A stretch of DNA of 52,763 nucleotides from the NCBI GenBank assembly GCA_003567775.1, contig PWYR01000003.1, forward strand, positions 1 to 52,763, given 5' to 3'. Positions within the stretch are counted from its first letter, which is position 1. Each line of letters opens with the position of its first letter. A program made the translations under genes and the position numbers. This document shows, piece after piece, positions 45,793 to 52,763 of this stretch. Below the pieces are notes generated by a model that did not search any database, had not been told where the DNA came from, and worked only from the letters and a program-made list of their open reading frames with translations. Origin of the DNA: Ignavibacteriales bacterium. Lineage in GTDB: Bacteria > Bacteroidota > Ignavibacteria > T3Sed10-11.

Positions 45793-48534
45793 ATGCCAAA
45801 AGCTGTGAAATATATCGCTATTGTGTTTCTTGCAGTAGTATTCCTATCGGCAATATTCGATACCGTTATCGATGCGTTCGCCGATTACTATTTCTTTAAT
45901 TCACTTAATGTCGCATCTGTTTTCTGGACGTATCTTACAACGCAATATGTTGTTCAGATAGTTTTCTTTTTGATATTTATACTCATCGCCGGTGTAAATG
46001 TCACTATTGCATACAGATCGTCGTCATTCGTTAACCGAACATTGGATATCGGTCAGTTGGGAATATCTCTATCGTTAATCCGGTGGGTTTTTATTGCTTT
46101 CTTATTATTGATCGGCTGGTTCGTTAGTATGTATCCTGCATCAAACTGGTTGCCGGTATTGATGTACTTGCAGCAATCGCCATTCGGGGCAACCGATCCC
46201 GTATTCGGACGGGATATTTCGTTTTATGTGTTTTCCCTGCCCGTCTATGAGATGGTCCGGAACTTCCTTATGGCATCGCTGGTAGTCTCATTGATTGCAA
46301 CGGCAGTTGTATATTTTTTCCGTGAAGGAATACTGGTTGCGCCGCAGGCAGTTCACATCTCATCAAGGGTTCGCGCACATGCTGCAATATTGATTGCATT
46401 GTTTTTTGCTATACAGATTTTTGATTATTGGTTGAGCCGGTATGAACTGATGTTCTCTCCCGGCGGCGTTGTATATGGTATGACCTATGTAGACGAGAAT
46501 ATCAGGGTGTATTCATATAATACTATGATGGTAGTATGCCTTGTCGGAATCGTCCTGGCTTTTATCGGATTTATACGGCGTAATCTCAAACACCCCACGA
46601 TCGGGCTGGGATTGTTGATCGTTTTTGCAATTATTATGAACGGTATTGTACCCAGTTTTGTACAACGATTTTCCGTCGCTCCGAATGAACTTGAACGCGA
46701 GCGAGCGTATCTTGATTATCATATTCAGTCCACACGCGATGCATACGGATTGAACGAGATAATCGAAAAACCGTACCCGGTTGATTATTCTCTGACCAAA
46801 GAGGATTTACAAAATAATCGGCTGACTATTGAAAATATTCCTTTATGGGATTATCGTCCGCTGCTCGAGACCTATCAGCAGATACAGGCGATCAGACCAT
46901 ACTATGAATTCAATGATATTGATATCGCACGGTATGATTTCAACGGGGATTACCGGCAGATAATGCTTGCGCCGCGGGAGCTTGATCAAAGACGGCTGCC
47001 GGGCGATTCTCAAACATGGGTAAACAAGACTTTCATATTTACGCACGGTTACGGCGTCGTAGCCAATCCGGTAAACGTATTTACGGAAGAAGGTTTGCCC
47101 GAGTTATTTATACGGGATATCCCCCCGCGAATGACGATAGATATAGACGTTGACCGCCCGGAAATCTATTTCGGTGAGCGGACCAACGAACCGGTTATTG
47201 TGCGCGCCGGAATTCAAGAGTTTGATTATCCGTACGGTGAGACCAATGTGTTCACGACCTATGAAGAAGAGACAGGCGTGAACATTAGCTCTAAATTCAG
47301 ACAATTAATATTTGCCTTTCATTTCGGCAGCATAAATTATCTGATTACCGATTACATACTTCCCGAAAGCCAGATTGTTTATTATCGGAATATTCACGAA
47401 CGTGTACGTAAACTTGCTCCGTTCCTGACGTTCGATCACGATCCGTATATCACCATTGTCGACGGACGAATGTACTGGATATATGACGCCTACACCACGA
47501 CCGGCAGATATCCCTATTCACGTCCATATACCCGGAACATTAATTATATGCGGAATTCGGTGAAAGTTGTAATCGATGCGTATAACGGCGAAACAACTTT
47601 TTATACCATCGAAGAAGAGCGTGATCCGTTGATCCGCGCCTATATGGGCGTCTTCCCCGATCTGTTCGTCCCGATTGACGAGATGTCCGAGGGATTGCGC
47701 GATCAAATACGCTACCCGCAGGATCTGTTCGACGTACAGGCGTCAATGTTCCGTTTATATCATATGCATGATGCGGTGATGTTCTATAATCGTGAGGACG
47801 TATGGGAATTTCCGAGGGAGCGGGTCTTTGGAGCATCGCAGGTGATGGAAAGCTACTACACTATTCTCCGCCTGCCTGAAGAGGAAAAGGAAGAGTTTAT
47901 GTTGATGATTCCGTTTACACCCTCTAATCGCGATAACATGGTCGCGTGGCTGTCGGGAAGATCGGACGGCGAAAATTACGGTAAACTGCTCCTGTTCCGG
48001 TTTCCACGCGGTGAGCTGGTATTCGGTCCGATGCAGATTGAGGCGCGTATCGACCAGACTGCCGATATTGCACAACAGCTCGCATTGTGGGATCAGGCGG
48101 GAACTCGTGTATTGAGAGGAAGTCAGCTTGTGATACCCGTGGCAAATTCGATCCTCTACATCAAGCCGCTTTTCCTGCGTGCAGTGGAGGGACGCCTTCC
48201 GGAGCTTCGCCGGGTGCTTGCATCCGACGGCAACCGTGTTGTTATGGAAATCGGACTCGATTTGTCGCTTGAGCGACTGTTGAGTGACAGGCCTGTCCCT
48301 GTCGCGGAGTTCGATATAGAAGTGCCGCCGGAATTAGAAGGCGAAATGATAATGCCAACTACAGATGTACAACAGCTTGCCCGGGAAGCTCTCGAGATTT
48401 ACGAACGTGCACAGGGCCACCTCCGCCAGGGTGATTTGGCGCGTTATGAAGAAGAATTAAAATCGCTGCATGGTTATCTTCAACGAATCATCGAGCAAGG
48501 TGCCGTCCCCGCAGTTCCGGGCGGTATAGACTAA
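45793..48534 (+). CDS. UPF0182-family large membrane protein
   Basis: 913 aa. About 7 N-terminal TM helices are followed by a large soluble region containing 'FIFTHGYGVVANP', and the size and architecture are typical of UPF0182. RBS gaggtg; 32 nt after the cytochrome gene. Confidence 0.75.
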   Translation: MPKAVKYIAIVFLAVVFLSAIFDTVIDAFADYYFFNSLNVASVFWTYLTTQYVVQIVFFLIFILIAGVNVTIAYRSSSFVNRTLDIGQLGISLSLIRWVFIAFLLLIGWFVSMYPASNWLPVLMYLQQSPFGATDPVFGRDISFYVFSLPVYEMVRNFLMASLVVSLIATAVVYFFREGILVAPQAVHISSRVRAHAAILIALFFAIQIFDYWLSRYELMFSPGGVVYGMTYVDENIRVYSYNTMMVVCLVGIVLAFIGFIRRNLKHPTIGLGLLIVFAIIMNGIVPSFVQRFSVAPNELERERAYLDYHIQSTRDAYGLNEIIEKPYPVDYSLTKEDLQNNRLTIENIPLWDYRPLLETYQQIQAIRPYYEFNDIDIARYDFNGDYRQIMLAPRELDQRRLPGDSQTWVNKTFIFTHGYGVVANPVNVFTEEGLPELFIRDIPPRMTIDIDVDRPEIYFGERTNEPVIVRAGIQEFDYPYGETNVFTTYEEETGVNISSKFRQLIFAFHFGSINYLITDYILPESQIVYYRNIHERVRKLAPFLTFDHDPYITIVDGRMYWIYDAYTTTGRYPYSRPYTRNINYMRNSVKVVIDAYNGETTFYTIEEERDPLIRAYMGVFPDLFVPIDEMSEGLRDQIRYPQDLFDVQASMFRLYHMHDAVMFYNREDVWEFPRERVFGASQVMESYYTILRLPEEEKEEFMLMIPFTPSNRDNMVAWLSGRSDGENYGKLLLFRFPRGELVFGPMQIEARIDQTADIAQQLALWDQAGTRVLRGSQLVIPVANSILYIKPLFLRAVEGRLPELRRVLASDGNRVVMEIGLDLSLERLLSDRPVPVAEFDIEVPPELEGEMIMPTTDVQQLAREALEIYERAQGHLRQGDLARYEEELKSLHGYLQRIIEQGAVPAVPGGID

Positions 48535-49232
48535 TATCCGCTGTATAAACGCTGTGCCAGCGATTTAGGCAATCTGTTTTTACGTATCGCTTCAGCTGCG
48601 CCGTCAATGTTGTAGCTGAAGCGAAATGTTTTGTATTCCCATTTCCCGGTATCCAGAAAACCGAAACTTAACTGAGAACGTCCGTCCCTCGGTTGTCCGA
48701 CACTTCCCGGGTTAATGATACACCTGCCCGTTCTGGTAAGTTTAAAAGTTTGCAGGTCGTCCATACAGATGAAAGGTATGTGTGTGTGTCCGGCAAAGCA
48801 AATTGTTTTATCGAAATACTTAAACTGTGTCCCGGCGTCTTCGAGCGAATTAATGTAATTCCAATGTTCCGGTTTGTCGGGGCTTGAATGCACCAAAGTA
48901 CAAATGTCGGTTTCAATACGGTATTTCAAACTAAAAAGGAATTTCCGGTTTTCTCCGGTTAATATTTTTGAGGTCCACAATGCCACTGTCTTCCCCTCGG
49001 ATGGCAAATATTTAGCATATTCAGGATATAACACTGCGTGATCGTGGTTTCCAAGCACGGTTATATCCGCATATTGCCGTACCAATGCAACGCATTCGTT
49101 CGGGTTTGCACCATAACCGACAATATCGCCAAGACAATAAAGTTTATCTATACCGAGATTTCTAATAATTGAAAGTGATTTTGTGAGCGCTTGTAGATTT
49201 CCGTGAATATCTGATATTACTGCTATACGCAT
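48531..49232 (-). CDS. Metallophosphoesterase (YfcE/MJ0936-like)
   Basis: 'IAVISDIHGN', 'GDIVGYG', 'GNHD' and 'GHTH'. Its stop codon overlaps the UPF0182 stop (ctaa). Confidence 0.85.
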   Translation of the reverse strand: MRIAVISDIHGNLQALTKSLSIIRNLGIDKLYCLGDIVGYGANPNECVALVRQYADITVLGNHDHAVLYPEYAKYLPSEGKTVALWTSKILTGENRKFLFSLKYRIETDICTLVHSSPDKPEHWNYINSLEDAGTQFKYFDKTICFAGHTHIPFICMDDLQTFKLTRTGRCIINPGSVGQPRDGRSQLSFGFLDTGKWEYKTFRFSYNIDGAAEAIRKNRLPKSLAQRLYSGY

Positions 49233-49491
49233 AGACTATATTTCTACTTTTCTGTTTTAAAAAAATATTCTGTAAAATACGAATAAATAAGTAAATTATC
49301 CATTTATAAAAACCTTCCGGCGGGCTTGGATATTTAATAGTAAATTTACTACCTTAATAATGTCAGCAGACAGGGAGAAGCGCAGGCGGGTGTCCGGTAG
49401 AACAGAATATAATAAAATTGTGATGCAGGGAAGTAAAATCGACTTGTAGAGGTACAACGAAAATGTATCAATAAGCACGAGGTTCCCTATT

Positions 49492-50505
49492 TTGCAGCTC
49501 ACGAACTTACTCACACAGCTTAAAAAACCGAGTCCCCCGGCAACGGATGTCAGGCAATTTGTCCGGCTCTGTCATAATATCGCACGTACTTATCTCAATC
49601 AAAAAGTTATTACCGGACGTCTCGATCCGCAGTTCTTCGCGCTATCGGTTGATGATCTCGCCATGGATTGTATCGCAAGTTTATTCGAGCGAAACGATCG
49701 CGGCGAATTTGTGAGAATTAAATGTTATTTCAATTCGTTCGATATAAATGAACTCTCCGAAGAAATACTTTTTGCCCGGACACGACGCTTAGTTTTTGGC
49801 GCGATAAATGACGAATTATTTCGTCTGTATAAATTGGAGGATCCTTCACTCGGTAATGTGATCCGGTGTATTAAAGCGGGACTAAAATTCATACCAGATC
49901 TTTTCGCTGAACGGATTGACGGCGAAGTTTGGCTTTATATTGAACATAAAAAAAGTGCCTACGCCGATCTTCCCGTTATGCCGTTCGATTATATCTATGT
50001 AATGCTCAACCAGCGTTTTAAAGCGAAAGTATCAGTTCGCCAGCTTATTAGAGAATTTGCAGATATTTTGAAAACACAGCGAAATTACCGGAAGAGATAT
50101 CCCCTGATAGGTCTTGCTTATCTAATCCGGATATTGCATACAGCATTGGCAGATGTTGAGGATGATTTCCCATATCCTGCCGACGTATCTATGAGAGTCA
50201 ATGAGTTGTGCCGGCTAATCAGAGAAAGTTCGCGTAAAGTGAAAGACCGGATGGAATACCAATACGTGGTTCGGAACAAATTTCCCAGGAAAACGTACAA
50301 TTCCTTTTTCCCGGCAATTGAAAGCATACTAACTGCCCAATATGTTAAGAATGACGGGTTTGACAGATCGTTTTTTGAACATATAAAGTCATATAACTCT
50401 GGAATGTCTCCGGTGAAATATGACGAAAAATACCGCAAATTTTTTGAATATTTGGTTAAATTAAGCCGGGAAGAGCTCATTAAAAAAATTCGAAAAGATT
50501 TTTAA
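49492..50505 (+). CDS. Hypothetical protein with a sigma-70 region-2-like segment
   Basis: 337-aa ORF with a TTG start preceded by gcacgagg. 'VDDLAMDCIASLFERNDRGEFVRIKCYFNSF...RTRRLVFGAINDELFRLYK' has region 2 spacing. No clear region-4 HTH is visible. The start is uncertain. Confidence 0.4.
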   Translation: MQLTNLLTQLKKPSPPATDVRQFVRLCHNIARTYLNQKVITGRLDPQFFALSVDDLAMDCIASLFERNDRGEFVRIKCYFNSFDINELSEEILFARTRRLVFGAINDELFRLYKLEDPSLGNVIRCIKAGLKFIPDLFAERIDGEVWLYIEHKKSAYADLPVMPFDYIYVMLNQRFKAKVSVRQLIREFADILKTQRNYRKRYPLIGLAYLIRILHTALADVEDDFPYPADVSMRVNELCRLIRESSRKVKDRMEYQYVVRNKFPRKTYNSFFPAIESILTAQYVKNDGFDRSFFEHIKSYNSGMSPVKYDEKYRKFFEYLVKLSREELIKKIRKDF

Positions 50506-50577
50506 AAAATTTTCGGCAGAGCACCCCTGAGGTAACGAATATATATATAGGAGCCATACTAAAGGACATATTCTTTT

Positions 50578-51405
50578 GTGAAACATTATGATGAAGAAAT
50601 ACTCGAACAGTTCATTCTAAATGCGGATTCAATTAATCCACAAACACGGAATGAAATTAGCGCACACTGTATAGAGTGTTCGAATTGCCGTGTCATGCTT
50701 GAGTATTTTGCTGAATTTTACAATGCATTTAATACCCTGAGTGAGAATGTAACTTCCGAAGTTGATGAATTTGTAGCAGGTTTATACCCGGTGATTCCGA
50801 TATCGGCTTTCAACGTACAGGAACACCGGGAACCCAAGGTATATATGACCGTTCTGGCGGCAATGTCTGCCACACAGGGAAGTGACCGTTTCAGGTCGGT
50901 GGCGACATTGGCGTCGGAAGAGCAACAAGCGGTTGTACGTATCTTACAGGATAATTCCACAAAACGTCTGCGCATTTATATTATAACCGATGACCCCCCA
51001 AAAAGGTCTCATGCGGTGTTGTCTTTTCCGGAAATATCCGCGGATTTTGTTACCGATAGCAGGGGGCAGATTGAAGTAGATTATGTACCGTCAAATTGGA
51101 AAGATATGAAGGGAGTATTGCGTCTTACCGTAGCAGAACATTCGATACCGGCTGAGAACCTGAACTATGATAACGGCGGAGGAGATACTCAAGTCGATGG
51201 TGGGTTGCATGCTGTTGCAGTTACATATCGGGATAATAAATTACATATTACTACTTTAAAAAAGAAACACTACGCACCCGACTTGAACGTTGCAGTAATT
51301 TCAGGAGAGAAAGATGTGAACTATTTTATACCACTGCGCAACGGAAAAGGAGAGTGTATGATTTCGTCTTTGCCTGAGTCATTAATGGTGAGGTTATATT
51401 GTTAG
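50578..51405 (+). CDS. Hypothetical protein with an N-terminal zf-HC2 anti-sigma-like motif and no TM helix
   Basis: 275-aa ORF with a GTG start. 'HCIECSNC' (H-x3-C-x2-C) at residues ~30-37. The remainder looks beta-rich and is unrecognised. Confidence 0.45.
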   Translation: MKHYDEEILEQFILNADSINPQTRNEISAHCIECSNCRVMLEYFAEFYNAFNTLSENVTSEVDEFVAGLYPVIPISAFNVQEHREPKVYMTVLAAMSATQGSDRFRSVATLASEEQQAVVRILQDNSTKRLRIYIITDDPPKRSHAVLSFPEISADFVTDSRGQIEVDYVPSNWKDMKGVLRLTVAEHSIPAENLNYDNGGGDTQVDGGLHAVAVTYRDNKLHITTLKKKHYAPDLNVAVISGEKDVNYFIPLRNGKGECMISSLPESLMVRLYC

Positions 51406-51408
51406 TGT

Positions 51409-52763
51409 ATGAAAAACCCGGTCGATATTGAAAAACAATTTCAAGAATTACTCTTACTTCTCTCTTTTCCCGTTTCACCGCGCGAACGCCTTTTCCAGAT
51501 AAAAGAATTTGTCGATCAATTAATGCATCGTCCCGATGAATCGGAATCCTATCTGCTTGAGGTTTTACAATATTTATCTGATATAGTTCACAGTATCGAC
51601 GCAGCGGGCATTGAACCGCACGTAACCAGAACCTTATATGAAAATCTCATTGTATTGCATCATCACCATCCTTCGTTATCGGGCATCATCGGTTTTGAAC
51701 GTACGATTGATACACTGAGATTCATAACCGCACAGTTATATGCATTTGCCGGTAACCCTCGCGCGATGTTGGCATTTCTTAATCCACGATATGCAGATAC
51801 GCCTCCCCGGTGGATTGAGCATTTGGAACCGGATACTACGGTCACACCCTATGAACTAATACGTCAGATAGACATCCTTGCCGAACAAAACAACGACAGT
51901 GTCGGTTATGAGATCGGTCGAATCATAGAGGTATGGAAGAGATCCCGGTCAATACCTGAAAATGCTGCTATCGTTCCGGTTGTTGACTTATCATACGGAA
52001 GCGTTAAAAAAAATTACGGCGGAGCGCTGCGAAGAATTCAGGTAAGTATCATCGGAGAAACGAGACAAGAATACGACGATATACACCCGGATATTGCCGT
52101 GTACGGTGCGCGTTCACCGGTCGAGTATTCTATGAACATACCGGTAATTGCGGCGCGTAATTTGATAGCACGGACACATCCACATTTAAAGGATCGTTAC
52201 GTTGCCGGTCAGATTATTTTCGGTAACCGCTATGCAATGCACGAAGGAGCATCGGCAAATGCTGCGATAGCCGCTTTAATTTATTGTAATATATTGAAAA
52301 ATCTTGACCAACGAACAACGTACCGAATATCCCCCGGTGTTGCCATTGCCGGGAATGTAAACGAAGAGGGAGATATTTTACCCGTCGATGAAGACGCATT
52401 GATACAAAAAGTATGGGCGATAATGTTCTCCGCCGTCGATTATCTTGTGGTGCCAAAGGAGCAATTAGCACAAACCGTTCAAACCGTTACGGAAGCACAG
52501 GGACATTATCCCGGAAGGACGATTACGGTTATCGGTATCGATCATATACGTGAGATATTTTATGACCGGCGATTGACGGAGCATACTGAAACGGGGGCAG
52601 TCAGGTACTATGGAAAAAAAATCTGGATGAAAAAATTATCCGCGGCCGGTGTGTTAACTATTATTTTGTTGTTAATGATAATCGGACGACTTGCGTACGG
52701 ACCGTTGGATCGGAATCCTGTACTTGGCCAGTATGAAGGTAAGTACCTTGTGTTACACAATAA
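51409..52763 (+). CDS. Partial CDS (3' end beyond the window): Lon-type S16 Ser-Lys protease-domain protein with a following TM helix and no visible ATPase module
   Basis: Not in the supplied ORF track. Hand translation from ATG 51409 is open for 451 codons to the window end. 'HEGASANAAIAALIY...VAIAGNVNEEGDILPVDEDALIQKVWAI...YLVVPKEQ' parallels the Lon proteolytic domain. The TM helix is 'LSAAGVLTIILLLMIIGRLA'. Confidence 0.6.
   Translation, partial: MKNPVDIEKQFQELLLLLSFPVSPRERLFQIKEFVDQLMHRPDESESYLLEVLQYLSDIVHSIDAAGIEPHVTRTLYENLIVLHHHHPSLSGIIGFERTIDTLRFITAQLYAFAGNPRAMLAFLNPRYADTPPRWIEHLEPDTTVTPYELIRQIDILAEQNNDSVGYEIGRIIEVWKRSRSIPENAAIVPVVDLSYGSVKKNYGGALRRIQVSIIGETRQEYDDIHPDIAVYGARSPVEYSMNIPVIAARNLIARTHPHLKDRYVAGQIIFGNRYAMHEGASANAAIAALIYCNILKNLDQRTTYRISPGVAIAGNVNEEGDILPVDEDALIQKVWAIMFSAVDYLVVPKEQLAQTVQTVTEAQGHYPGRTITVIGIDHIREIFYDRRLTEHTETGAVRYYGKKIWMKKLSAAGVLTIILLLMIIGRLAYGPLDRNPVLGQYEGKYLVLHN

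Noticed and set aside
52201-52300. Apparent +1 frameshift inside the Lon-like catalytic motif of the last ORF
   Set aside because: It was my own transcription slip on a second pass. Re-reading the printed sequence (…atcggcaaat gctgcgatag…) and cross-checking against the supplied minus-strand ORF 52214-52471 shows that the frame is continuous.
1-52763. Search by eye for tRNA/rRNA genes, CRISPR arrays, IS elements, integrases other than xerC, and toxin-antitoxin pairs
   Set aside because: All intergenic gaps are 310 bp or shorter. None shows cloverleaf-like T-arm motifs, repeat/spacer periodicity or terminal inverted repeats. A tRNAscan, Infernal or ISfinder run would be needed for certainty.

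Overview
A 52.8-kb bacterial chromosomal segment, mid-40s % GC by eye, densely packed. About 52 of 56 credible CDS lie on the + strand. Most of it is housekeeping: aroC, trpS, lysS, metG, topA, xerC, scpA/scpB, rluB, recO, holB, ybeY, hpf, hprK, an HtrA protease, a Ctp/S41 protease and a BamA-family protein. The envelope and respiratory genes (CarboxypepD_reg-type TonB-dependent receptor, TonB_C lipoproteins, Wzi-like OMP, DUF3108, membrane multihaem cytochrome) suggest an FCB-superphylum-like Gram-negative; this is inference only. By eye I found no rRNA, tRNA, CRISPR array, transposase or prophage. Points worth a second look: (1) a three-gene cassette cut by the right window edge, made of an oversized sigma-like protein, a soluble zf-HC2 anti-sigma-like protein and an ATPase-less, membrane-anchored Lon-type protease-domain protein whose ORF is missing from the supplied track because it runs off the window; (2) a TatD hydrolase fused in one ORF to a TatD-associated-type radical SAM domain; (3) an ImcH-like 3-TM heptahaem cytochrome apparently co-transcribed with a 913-aa UPF0182 membrane protein; (4) an internally deleted gamma-carbonic-anhydrase-family remnant, followed by a perfect consensus promoter that runs into an intrinsic terminator before an unknown gene coupled to ybeY; (5) ScpB with a ~170-aa acidic tail ending in a basic amphipathic helix and overlapped by rluB; (6) an ECF sigma/anti-sigma operon carrying recently duplicated TonB_C lipoproteins. 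All functional calls come from motif recognition by eye. No database search was run.
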